From an uncultured Rivularia sp. (GTDB taxonomy: Bacteria; Cyanobacteriota; Cyanobacteriia; Cyanobacteriales; Nostocaceae), in NCBI GenBank assembly GCA_963665115.1, contig OY762007.1:4768001-4832000 (forward strand): DNA of 64,000 nucleotides, read 5' to 3'. Under the pieces are notes generated by a model. That model was not told the DNA's origin, searched no databases, and saw nothing but the letters and a program-made list of their open reading frames with translations. Position numbers and translations under genes: made by a program. Numbering within the stretch: position 1 is the stretch's first letter; each line of letters begins with the position of its first letter. This document shows positions 1-10,233 of this stretch, piece by piece.

Positions 1-303
1 AGCCCCAGCTTTGATGAATTCTTCAGCTTTGCCTTCATCACTTTTTTTGATGATAACTACTACAGGAACTAGATTTTTCCAACTATGTATTTGTTTTAAT
101 AAATTTATGGCTTCAGCATTGGATGCACAATTGCCTAAGAATACAAAGTCATAGCAATTATTCTTAAAAGTATCGATGGCTTCCTTACTCTCAACGACTT
201 GTAGCTGTTTTCGATTTAGACAATCTTTATTGAAAGCATGGTACACACTCATCCGATCTACTTCGTCATCTTCAATAATTAGAATCTTCAACTTTTTATC
301 CAT
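1..303 (-). CDS. Receiver-domain protein, N-terminal part only (runs off the window edge); atypical receiver
   Basis: Manual translation from ATG at 303: MDKKLKILIIEDDEVDRMSV...YDFVFLGNCAS...VPVVVI...KAG. CheY-like pattern, open to position 1. Confidence 0.8.
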   Translation of the reverse strand, partial: MDKKLKILIIEDDEVDRMSVYHAFNKDCLNRKQLQVVESKEAIDTFKNNCYDFVFLGNCASNAEAINLLKQIHSWKNLVPVVVIIKKSDEGKAEEFIKAGA

Positions 304-1566
304 TGCTGTTTTGCCTCAATCGCTGCTTAGGCTATCAGATATTACTTAGGCAACATTTCTTTCAAGAATTTTTATACCTATCTTTATTAATCAAAATTAT
401 AATATTAGGATTTACATAAAGCTCCGCAAATTAGTGGAAGTTGGGCGTTATCAATGTTTAGAACACGATACTTCCCGTCATTCCTGTGTAACTCCTAAAT
501 ATCTTGAATAAGGCTAGTTTTTATTTATAATTTAACGTTATTATATAATCATAGGCTGTAATTATATTAAGCAATAATTATTAATAATCAATAGTTCATG
601 TGCATTATATTTTGCTTTATTAACTTGGCGATAGTATTTATAGTATAAACTTGTCTATAAAGGTTATTTTGTATTCTTTTATTCAAATATTTTGAGCCGA
701 TAGTAAAAATAATTAATTTTTATTTTTATGAGATATTTTATGATTAACTAATAACGTTCACACTACCCTTGCTTGAATTCTATCTTCTATCGCCGCAGAT
801 AGCTTTTTATACATTGATGTATCTAACACTCTTTATAAACATATGAAAATTGACGATAAAGTATAAATTTTGTGCCGTTAACTTTAAGAGTAATATGAAG
901 GTGATATAAAAGCCAAAAACAATTCGGAGATATTACAAAAAATAATTCGAGTGTTAAGGCTTATACATTTACTTAACTATATATTTATTTTATGCAAACA
1001 TAATTTTATTCGTCGTCCGTCTTTAGTATGAATTTAATTAGGATAAGCATATTCGATTTTTATAAATTATGAACAATAACTCTTAATTTAGATAGATGAT
1101 AATTTTAACAAAGCCTTTGAAGAGGATTTCTTGAAAAGGTATGAGTTGAACTCAAAAATTAGGATATTGCCGCTTAATTATCGGCTTATTGTCAGAAGAA
1201 TTTAAGCTTCGTTTTGAACTAAGAAAAGTATATGGAATAATCAATAATTATCAAATACATCTGATTAATCAATACTTTACTAATTTCAACTAAAATCAAT
1301 CTTATTTTATATATAAATAGATCGGTCTAAAATTTTTACGATGTATTTTACGATGTATAGTTATATTATAATTACAATATTGGCATATATCTTAAGCTAG
1401 ATTTAACCTGTATCTAAAGACTAAATGAAAGCTTTAGAATTGTTTCTGTTGATGGATGTATTGTTGATATAATAATATCTATCTTTAGCTTCTGTGCAAT
1501 TTAGATGCAAACAAGAAAAGCTTAAACTTAAAGGATGTTTTTGAGATATATTGAAAAATAAATAAT

Positions 1567-2298
1567 ATGAGTGTAAAGATGAGTGAAATTAGCATTGTAT
1601 TAATTGAAGACCATGATTTAACCAGAATGGGGATCAGAACTGCATTACAGGCAAGCAGCGAATTACAGGTAGTAGGAGAAGCAGCTAATGGTAGCAGAGG
1701 GTTGAAAATTTTAGAAAGTATGAAGCCAGATGTAGCACTTGTAGACATTGGCTTACCAGATATTGATGGTATTGAACTTACTCGCAAATTTAGAGAATAT
1801 CAAAGTCATACGGGAGATACTTCTACAAAAATCCTCGTTTTGACAATGAATCATACGGATGATACCGTACTTGCAGCTTTCGCAGCAGGGGCTGATTCAT
1901 ATTACATGAAAGATACAAGCATTGATAAGCTCACCGAAGCAATTCATGCAACTTACTCCGGCAACTCCTGGATTGATCCGGCGATCGCCAACATAGTGTT
2001 ACAGCAGATAAGACAAGAAATCTCCGAAAATCAAAAATCTGTACAGGCTAAAACGGTAAAAATTGAAGCGCTCTCTTCCGAATACGAGCAAGTTTTAGAA
2101 ACCTATCCCTTAACTCAAAGAGAATTAGAAATTCTTGAATTAATTGTAGCCGGGAAAAGTAATGGAGAAATTGCCGAGCAGCTATATATCACAGTTGGTA
2201 CCGTAAAAACCCACGTTCGCAATATTCTTAACAAGCTTTGTGCTGACGATCGCACTCAAGCAGCAGTTAGAGCATTACGTTCGGGATTAGTAGCCTAA
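1567..2298 (+). CDS. NarL/FixJ-family response regulator (REC + LuxR HTH); start may be 1579
   Basis: IVLIEDH, ALVDIGLP phosphoacceptor, C-terminal LTQRELEIL...GKSNGEIAEQLYITVGTVKTHVRNI. Confidence 0.95.
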   Translation: MSVKMSEISIVLIEDHDLTRMGIRTALQASSELQVVGEAANGSRGLKILESMKPDVALVDIGLPDIDGIELTRKFREYQSHTGDTSTKILVLTMNHTDDTVLAAFAAGADSYYMKDTSIDKLTEAIHATYSGNSWIDPAIANIVLQQIRQEISENQKSVQAKTVKIEALSSEYEQVLETYPLTQRELEILELIVAGKSNGEIAEQLYITVGTVKTHVRNILNKLCADDRTQAAVRALRSGLVA

Positions 2299-2460
2299 AA
2301 TCAGTAGATTCACACTTAAATATTAAATATTAGTTAGATCTGCGAATTTTCCTTCAAATCTAAACCTTCTAACTTGCAGTTCCTAACTTCTAACTGCTTA
2401 TCGTAACTTTGCTATAGTGTTGATTTGCTTTTATCCAATATCTACCACACGCACTCAGTA

Positions 2461-2811
2461 ATGAATTACGAAACCGCTCATCAATTCCTTTTAAACCAAA
2501 CTATAGTAAGCGAAAAAAACTCAGATGCGTTGCTAACCCGAATGCGACAAGGGAAACCGCCAATTCCCGGTCAAATCACTTCAATTTTACTGGCATTAAA
2601 AGTAGTATTTGAAGCTCTTAAAGATTCTAATACCCTTGAGAGAGAACTTATTTATGCCTTATATTTATTAACTATAAAAGCTCAACAATTATTTGCGGCA
2701 GGGTTAAAAGCTGGTGTAGATTGGCCTCCAATGCTAAAAGAAGATTTATTAAGAATAGGAAATGCAACCGAAAGTATTTTTTCTGGTGAATGGCATAATA
2801 TTCATCAATAG
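2461..2811 (+). CDS. Conserved cyanobacterial hypothetical protein
   Basis: ORF 2425-2811, with ATG at 2461 the more likely start (MNYETAHQFL...GKPPIPGQITSILLALK). No catalytic motif recognised. Confidence 0.7.
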   Translation: MNYETAHQFLLNQTIVSEKNSDALLTRMRQGKPPIPGQITSILLALKVVFEALKDSNTLERELIYALYLLTIKAQQLFAAGLKAGVDWPPMLKEDLLRIGNATESIFSGEWHNIHQ

Positions 2812-2920
2812 ATAGTTGTTAGTTGTTATTAAAAATATTTGTCATTTATAGCGGCAGTATCTCCTTCGCTTTTGAATAGCAGGGAGCAAGACGCTCCCAC
2901 TACAAAGAAATTACTAATTT

Positions 2921-3105
2921 ACATCTTGCACCAGTTGCGATAAAGTCTGATAAACCAGACTGGGCAAGGCTTTTAGTACGTTACAACTGACCAGACAGCA
3001 CCATTCTCAACAAGCCCGAATAAACCCGGTTTCTTGCTGAATGAACAACGAGATATTCGTGTTTCTCCGAAAATAAACCGGGTTTCTGACACTGATGCAA
3101 GAGGT
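2921..3105. repeat. MITE-like palindromic element, family B
   Basis: Imperfect terminal inverted repeat ACATCTTGCACCA / TGATGCAAGAGGT with internal AAACCCGGTTTC and AAACCGGGTTTC. Related copy at 49066-49180. Confidence 0.6.
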
Positions 3106-3242
3106 GAATTTCAACGTACTTTTTATATCAGGTTTAGGAGCTTCCACCCGAATTGTGCCAGAAGTCAGTTACTAATCAAAATTAATCTAGCAGAATAGTT
3201 TAGCCAGAGGGTGTGGAAGATCAACTAACAACTATCTACCAA

Positions 3243-3836
3243 TTAACGATTTCGCAATTCTTCTTCTAACTTATCCAAATCGGATTTAAGAAAAACCGTC
3301 ATTTGCCCGGTAAAAGCTTTACCGTTTTTAGCTTGAGCAACTTCTACCCAATAAGCATAACGCGAACCTACACGTAATTCTCCTTTCAAAGCCTCTCTAA
3401 CTGGAGTTTTTGCAAAACGTGCTTCATTAATTGCGCTTTGATTGGGGTATTCATAAATTACCTTGGCTTCCCTAAAATCTTGATAAATATCTAAGCCATA
3501 AATTCTCCGTAAAGACTCCCTCAATCTATCCAAACTCATACCGTTTATTGCATCATACATAGAGATGCGCTCGGCGCGACTTTGACTGCGGTTGTTAGAA
3601 AAGGTTAATCTACCTGGTGCTGAAACCATCGCTTGGAAACTGAATCTTTGCGCTGCGGTATCGGTTTTCGTTACCAAAAAGCGTTCCCCACTTCTAGGGC
3701 TTAACGTCGGATGTGCTTTAATCCAAGTTTCTACATCTTCCATCGGTTGTCCGGGTAAAGCCCTTGCCACACCATGATTAGAGATAAAGAATGCTAAAGG
3801 TAAAATGAGAATTTGCAATAGAGATTTGTTGAACAT
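3243..3836 (-). CDS. Secreted hypothetical protein
   Basis: 197-aa ORF with signal-peptide-like N-terminus ending ARA-LPGQ. Confidence 0.8.
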   Translation of the reverse strand: MFNKSLLQILILPLAFFISNHGVARALPGQPMEDVETWIKAHPTLSPRSGERFLVTKTDTAAQRFSFQAMVSAPGRLTFSNNRSQSRAERISMYDAINGMSLDRLRESLRRIYGLDIYQDFREAKVIYEYPNQSAINEARFAKTPVREALKGELRVGSRYAYWVEVAQAKNGKAFTGQMTVFLKSDLDKLEEELRNR

Positions 3837-3963
3837 TTTTCAGTCTTGAAAGTTTCTATATATAGAATTCCCCTTTTTTTCAATTAATTAACGTTCTGGG
3901 TGAGAAATTGGGAGATGGGGAAATGGGGGAGACAAGGAGACAAGGAGAAGAATAATTAAGATC

Positions 3964-4021
3964 GGTTCGTAGTTGGAACTTTAGTCCTAAACTTGAGCGC
4001 TGCCATCACTTACTACAAACC
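3964..4021. repeat. REP-like palindrome, family A (degenerate copy)
   Basis: GGTTCGTAGT...CTTTAGTCCT...TTACTACAAACC, matching the copies at 42515, 43492, 50170 and 59236. Confidence 0.65.
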
Positions 4022-4066
4022 TTTATCAACCTCCTAACTCCTAATTACTCGCTGTTGTAAATAACA

Positions 4067-4091
4067 AACTCCACCCGATTCGGGTGGAGTT
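4067..4091 (-). terminator. Putative intrinsic terminator
   Basis: Perfect 11-bp stem AACTCCACCCG-att-CGGGTGGAGTT followed by TGTTATTT on the minus strand, downstream of the GT4/small-ORF unit. Confidence 0.6.
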
Positions 4092-4144
4092 GGTAACTTT
4101 TTAAAAGTGAATTAGTTTTGGTTTTTGAGAAACTAACTAATATC

Positions 4145-4318
4145 TTACAATTTGGGATGTTCGTTTGATTTAGTTCTAGCTTCAGAAGGAACGCTAACGG
4201 TACTCAAAGGTGGAACTTCTTGCCAGCAATTTTGACAGAACCAGTAAAGTTCAGAATGACGAACGTGGCATAGCAGAGAACCACCGCAACAAAGACAGCT
4301 GTTAGTTCTAATGCTCAC
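4145..4318 (-). CDS. Small Cys-rich zinc-ribbon-like protein (57 aa), absent from the ORF track
   Basis: GTG start with GAGGAGG Shine-Dalgarno upstream; MSIRTNSCLCCGGSLLCHVRHSELYWFCQNCWQEVPPLSTVSVPSEARTKSNEHPKL, with two CxxC pairs. Confidence 0.8.
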   Translation of the reverse strand: MSIRTNSCLCCGGSLLCHVRHSELYWFCQNCWQEVPPLSTVSVPSEARTKSNEHPKL

Positions 4319-4382
4319 GAGTTTTGTCCTCCTCTCAAAAAGTTAAAAAAGTTATCGATCGAGACGCACTCTTATTGATGAA

Positions 4383-5450
4383 TTAACATTTGATCTTTGT
4401 AGAGTGAATGAAACCATTTTTCTGAATGCGATTTTCCAAGATTTTTCTGTAAATTGCTTCGTACCCATCTACCATTTTGCTTACGGTAAATCTATCTTCT
4501 ACATATTTGCGACAGCTATTACGCTTGAGTTCTAAAGCTTTAGGAATCATTGATGCCATGTCTTCATGACTTTCGCAGATAAAACCAGTTACCCCGTGGT
4601 TAACAACTTCGGGAACAGAACCCATATTAGTGGCAATTACTGGCGTACCTGTAGCCATTGACTCAATCATTACTAGACCAAAAGGTTCTTGCCAGGTAAT
4701 GGGAAACAGAGTGACGGCAGCATTTCCAAGCAGTTTGGCTTTCTCCGAGTGATTAACTTCACCGAGGTATTGAATCTGCGTTCCATCAATATGAGGAGCT
4801 ACTTCTTGCTCAAAAAATTTCCTATCGATTTCATCAATCTTTCCTGCCATTTTCAAACGCCAACCTGTTTGTTTAGCAATTGAAATAGCATGGTGGGGTC
4901 CTTTCTCTGGAGAAAGTCTTCCTAAAAATGCTAGATAGGGTGGATTTTCAGGCTCGGCAATAAATGGATAGCCGCTTTCATCAATGCCGTTATAAACAGT
5001 TCCAACGTAATTTAGGTCTATCTTGCGTTGAGCATCGCTGATACTAACGTATGCCTGCTTACAGTGGTGGGTGTATATCTTCGTAGTATCCGGATTAAAA
5101 CTGTGGTGCAAAGTATGTACCGTCGGTGTTGCCACCAACCCGGCCGTTGCCAAAGTTAAAACACCTAAATGGGAATGAATTAAATCGAATTCCGCTGCTC
5201 GTTGGTAAACTTGACTTAATTCAAGCAGTTCGTAGGCATCGCAATTGATTACATTTGGATCCAAACGCAAAGCGCGATCGCAAACAGCTTCCAACTTGGC
5301 CTGAGTCAGCGAGTCACCAGAAGCAAACAAAGTAACTTCATGACCCCGACGAACTAATTCATCGGTTAAGTGACTAACTACCAACTCTATCCCTCCATAA
5401 GAAGGAGGCGGAACTCGTTCCCTTAAAGGGGCTACTTGAGCGATTCTCAT
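4383..5450 (-). CDS. Glycosyltransferase family 4
   Basis: MRIAQVAP..VPPPSYGGIE, GRLSPEKG, EPFGLVMIESMATGTPV. Confidence 0.95.
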   Translation of the reverse strand: MRIAQVAPLRERVPPPSYGGIELVVSHLTDELVRRGHEVTLFASGDSLTQAKLEAVCDRALRLDPNVINCDAYELLELSQVYQRAAEFDLIHSHLGVLTLATAGLVATPTVHTLHHSFNPDTTKIYTHHCKQAYVSISDAQRKIDLNYVGTVYNGIDESGYPFIAEPENPPYLAFLGRLSPEKGPHHAISIAKQTGWRLKMAGKIDEIDRKFFEQEVAPHIDGTQIQYLGEVNHSEKAKLLGNAAVTLFPITWQEPFGLVMIESMATGTPVIATNMGSVPEVVNHGVTGFICESHEDMASMIPKALELKRNSCRKYVEDRFTVSKMVDGYEAIYRKILENRIQKNGFIHSTKIKC

Positions 5451-6158
5451 AGGTTCTGTATGTTTCTGAAATTGAAAAAGTCCATATTGAAGTAGGACTT
5501 GTTTTTCACTGGGTAGAGAATAAAATCTTCACCCATCTGAAATTTGATTAACCGCATTGACTCAAAAGAGTCTAAAAGGCGATAAGCAAAGCTTGATGCC
5601 TTCGGCATTACGCTCTAATTTGAACAGCTAGTCCAAATTATTTCAGATTATCAACAATTTACTATCAAGCAACTACATTTACAAATTACAGGTTATTCGT
5701 TTCTCGCATCATCTATCCAGGGGATCATAGATAATACTTTTTTTGGTATCTAGGAATACAGTTTATTTACCATTTTTCAGTTTGGTAACGGTATCTCCGA
5801 GCTTTTCTACTGTTTCCGAGGCTATTAGAAGAGCTAAAAAGAGGATTATAAAAAATAAGGATCGTTAACCTTTTCTCGTAGCTTATGAATCCAAAATGCT
5901 TTTCTTAAGTTGGTGAACAAAATAAAAATATTGGTTTTGCTGATTTGAAGTACAAATTGCATTTTGTGCATAACCAAAATTTGTGTAGAACGGGTTATGA
6001 GGGACTTCCCCCCAACAGTTATAAAAGAAATTAAAAAGCGCGGTATGTTTAAAAAGCGTATCTTTTAAAAAGATGTCATCTAGAAGTAGATGCTTACATA
6101 ATTAACTAAATTTACAATTTCAGTATGTATTATTCATAGTTCCAGTATTTCACGAAGT

Positions 6159-6345
6159 AAGAAGGAAGATGGAAGAAGGAAGATGAACCCACGTTTTTAA
6201 ACGTGGGATTGAAATAAGGACTTATTATTTCATAGCACTACGTGTCTCGAAATAAATATTTATTTTAAGTGGGCTTTAAACCCACAACTGAAGTTTTTAA
6301 TTATATTCATCCTTCTTCCTCCTTCCTTCTAACTCCTTCCTTCTT
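6159..6345. repeat. Inverted-repeat element bounded by GAAGGAAG / CTTCCTTC tracts
   Basis: Complementary purine and pyrimidine terminal tracts; internal hairpins CCCACGTTTTTAAACGTGGG and GTGGGCTTTAAACCCAC. Confidence 0.55.
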
Positions 6346-6444
6346 TGGTAACATTGAGATAAATCGCTGCCAAAATGGCATTACTTATGAAGTAAATTTA
6401 TGGTTAGATTGGTATGTAATATGCATCTACCAAATTAAATATTT

Positions 6445-7227
6445 ATGACATTTTCTCAGCAGGAAAGTTCTAAAGAGTATGCATCTCTTAGTAAAAAGGT
6501 ATACCAATACGTTAGCGATCGTAGTCTTCTTCAGTTGACTAGAGACATTTTTCAAAACGGTTTTCCTTTATTCCGTAGATTTGTAGCACTTTACTTTGAT
6601 AAAAATTTTGATAAAAAGTACAGTGTCGATACTTGCGGTTCTATTCATTTGCATGAACTAACAATACCAGATAAAGGCAATATCGAGTCTGCTTCTATAT
6701 ATGACCCAGCACCGGCTCAAACAGTTAGAAAGCTTTTTTCATATCTTCCCTCAGACTTGAATAACTATACCTTAATCGATTTCGGCTCGGGGAAAGGGCG
6801 AGTTATGTTCGTTGGGGCAGAGTATCCTTTCCGTAAAATTGTTGGTGTAGAGTTTGCTAGCGATTTACATGAAGTTGCAGTTGATAATATTAAGAATTAC
6901 AGAAACTCTAAACAAAAGTGTTCTGAGATAGAGTCTGTTTGCGCTGACGCTGCAAACTATGAGATACCAGAAGATAATTGCATTTTTTATTTTTTCGCTC
7001 CTTTTAAACAAGACGTTTTACAATCAGTAATCGAAAATATAAAACAGTCTTACCAAAAAGCTCCTAGAAGTATGTGGATTTTGTATATTACAGATCCCGT
7101 AACCCATCCTACAGCTTTCGAGATAATCAGAAATTCTGGAATATTTACCCAAGTACGCGCAGAATATTTCCCGTTTGAAATCGCCCAACGCGATAAGCTG
7201 TATTACGAGATATACAAAACTGATTAA
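6445..7227 (+). CDS. Class I SAM-dependent methyltransferase
   Basis: Motif I LIDFGSGKGR, GVEFA, CADA, YFFAPF. Confidence 0.9.
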   Translation: MTFSQQESSKEYASLSKKVYQYVSDRSLLQLTRDIFQNGFPLFRRFVALYFDKNFDKKYSVDTCGSIHLHELTIPDKGNIESASIYDPAPAQTVRKLFSYLPSDLNNYTLIDFGSGKGRVMFVGAEYPFRKIVGVEFASDLHEVAVDNIKNYRNSKQKCSEIESVCADAANYEIPEDNCIFYFFAPFKQDVLQSVIENIKQSYQKAPRSMWILYITDPVTHPTAFEIIRNSGIFTQVRAEYFPFEIAQRDKLYYEIYKTD

Positions 7228-7289
7228 CAATTCGTTTTGCTAGCTTGCTGAATAATTAACACATAGTTGTACCACATATAAAATGTATA

Positions 7290-7318
7290 GTGCTGGGTTT
7301 ATTTCCTCAACCCAGCAC
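7290..7318. terminator. Hairpin between convergent units
   Basis: GTGCTGGGTT...AACCCAGCAC 10-bp stem. Confidence 0.45.
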
Positions 7319-7371
7319 AAGATTATTAGATTATTTTAGAGCGAGAGGGAAATAATCTAGCGGGACAAAAA

Positions 7372-7617
7372 TCACCAACCTTTTCCCTTCAACCTCAACT
7401 CACTAACATTCAACAAAAACCTACTTACAGCGGAATACTCTACATTTTCCACACGATTCCGCACTGCTTGTAAAGATATGGGATTAACTAGAAAAAATAC
7501 AGGTAATTGTTCGGCTACTACTTGCTGAAATTCAGCGTGAATCTGCTTCCGCTTGCTTTCATCAGCTTGTTTAGATTTGGAACCTTTAAACATATGAAAC
7601 GAACCATTACTAGTCAT
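7372..7617 (-). pseudogene. C-terminal remnant of a peptide/nickel ABC substrate-binding protein
   Basis: DESKRKQIHAEFQQVVAEQLPVFFLVNPISLQAVRNRVENV resembles the end of family 5 SBPs; most of the protein is missing. Confidence 0.7.
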
Positions 7618-7804
7618 TGTTCGCTGTGTGAGGCATTCAGCCTTCACCGCAGGTGCGGCTCATCCCGACACCCTGCGGTTGCGTCGTTTCACTTTGCTCG
7701 TATATAAAATTATTCAAGGGTTTTAGTATGTTATGACGGACTGTAGCATTCGACTACGCACTCGCCGCACCTAGAGTTAACGTTTGTTGCCCAATGCCCA
7801 ATTC

Positions 7805-9993
7805 TCATACCTTCACCGCATCAATTGTTGTAATTTTTTCTTCTGGGTATTCTTCTCGGAAGTAGTAATTGATATGACGTTCGTTTTTGGGCACGACTCC
7901 ATTAACAACTTGCCCTAATACTTTCTGACCGGACTTTTCTAGCATTTCACAAGCAAAAGCAGCGTTGACAGAATCTACGACTCCAGGACGTACTACTAAT
8001 AACACGCCGTCAGCCATTTGACCTAAAGTTGCAGCGTCTGCGGCAAGGTTTAATGAAGGTGCGTCAATAATTACGTAGTCGTAATATGACCTAAAACTCT
8101 CAATTAATGAAGCCATACGCTTGGAATCTAATAAGGATGCGGGGGAAGGAGGTACTGCGCCACAAGTCAATACGTCTAAATTATCCATCCCTTTCTTGAT
8201 GGCTGCCATCACCTCTACCTGTCCCCCACAATCACGTTGCTCAGACCTTGGGCGTTGGGTAGTTCCCATATATGATGTTGGAATGGACGGTGTAAGTCTC
8301 CATCTATAAGTAATACTCTACGTTCCATTTGCGCCATCGAAGTAGCTAAATTAGCAGCCACAGTCGATTTACCTTCTTGAGGTACGGAACTAGTAACAAC
8401 AATAACTTTTAATTCTTTGTCCGCGCTCATAAATTTTAAGTTAGCTCGCAGCATCCGGAATGCTTCGCTGATGGGGGAACGAGGAGCATCGCGCACCATT
8501 AATGTGGGATATACGGCTTCTGAATCCTGCTTTCCTAGAATTGACTTTTTCGGCTTACTAAAGTCGGGGATGACTCCTAGTAAAGTTAATCCAGTTAATT
8601 CCTTAGCTTCTTCTATAGTTTTGATAGATTTATCTTGTGATTCCAAAAGATACATCGTTGCCAAGGAAACCAACATTCCTAACAAGCTGGCTGATAAATA
8701 ATTAATTAATGGAGAAGAAACTGGTTCTTGAGGAACTAAAGCTTCAGAAACTCTACTGGCATTGCCAATATTCTGATTTTCTGCAATGCTAGTTTCTTGT
8801 AATTTCTTCAATAGCAGCGAATAAGTTGACTGAGCAGCTTCTACCTTACGTTCTAACTCGCGCTGTTGTTGCTCTAGTTTTGGCAGATTTTCCAGCCTTT
8901 GTTTGTAAGATGTTTGCAACTCCGATAAAACTGCTAGTTGATTAGTTAATCCTAAAGAGGTAGATTCTAGATTTACTAATTCTCCAGCGAGCTGTTGTTT
9001 TAATTCTCCTTCTTGCAATCTACTATCCAGTTGCCCTGCATTAGTTCCCACCGTTCGACGAATTCTATTTTGCAGCAAGTTTCTCAAAGCATTATATTTG
9101 CTCTCCAAAGCTAGTATCTCTGGATGAGTATTAGTAAGAACTGTACGTCTTGATGCTAGCTGAGCTTCAACCTGCTGAACTTCTTTTAAAATATCTTGTA
9201 CCCCAGCAGCTTGATTCAAAGAAGTCATCTGCAACGCTTGCTGAGAGTTAACATCTAACTGCTTGCGAATTTGTTGACTCCGAGCGCTAATATCGGCTAA
9301 CCTAATCCTTATCTCCCCAACTTGGTTCTGTAAATTACCCAGTACTTGTAACGATTGACTTGCTTCTTCCTGCAAAGCATATACTTTGTTCTTTTCCCTG
9401 AACCTAGCTAGTTGTGCTTCTGCTTTACTTACAACTGCTTCGGCTTTGGGAAGCTGCGTTTCTATAAATTCCCTAGCTGATGTTGCAGCTTTCCTACGAG
9501 AAGATACGTTATGTTCCAAGTAAGCTGCCATTAAAGTATTAACCACTTTTGCAGCTTTCTGAGGTTCTGAATCTTTATAGCTGACTGTTAAAACGTCCGT
9601 TTTCTTTATGTCGCTTACCGTTAATTTTTCGAGAAAGTCTTCATAGTCTAGAAGAGTTCCATCTTCATCTTGAAGATTGAGTTGTCTTATAGTCTTTTGT
9701 ACCACTGGAACAGAACGTATTATTTCAGCTTCCGTTTGCAATGGATTCGATGTATTATCCTGGGCAACTGATTCTAATTTACCAATATTGGTGCCAAACT
9801 CTGTTAAAGAAGAAGTGGCATTTGTTCTTTGAAACTGTAATTTGCCTTCCGCAACAAAAATAGGCTTTTTCAAAGAAGAAGATAATAGCGATAGTAAGAA
9901 TACTGGAAAAAATGCCGCTAAACCTGGTACCCAGCGACGTTTAAGAACTTGCCAATATTTATCAAGCGATAAGCTAGATTCTTGAGATTCCAT
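7805..9993 (-). CDS. wzc: Wzc/GumC polysaccharide co-polymerase tyrosine kinase, frameshifted at ~8225
   Basis: Two TM segments around a coiled coil; SEAFRMLRANL, Walker A PQEGKST, IDGDLHRP, IIDAP and a Tyr-containing tail, split over ORFs 8215-9993 and 7805-8269 at a G5 run. Confidence 0.9.
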
Positions 9994-10233
9994 AAATAAT
10001 ATTCTATTTTTACTTTATTTTTAAGTTTTGACCGACCAATAGATAATTTAGAAAGCAAATAGATTGATTGTCTCGATGACAGCAGATTCCAATCGCCTGT
10101 AAATGCAAATAATTTAATTTATACCAGAATTTATACCAGACTAGATATAGTAACCCAGACAAGCGTTATTCTTTGTCTATAAAAATATAATATATGATAT
10201 ATGGATTCTTAGTTGAATTTACTCATATACTAC

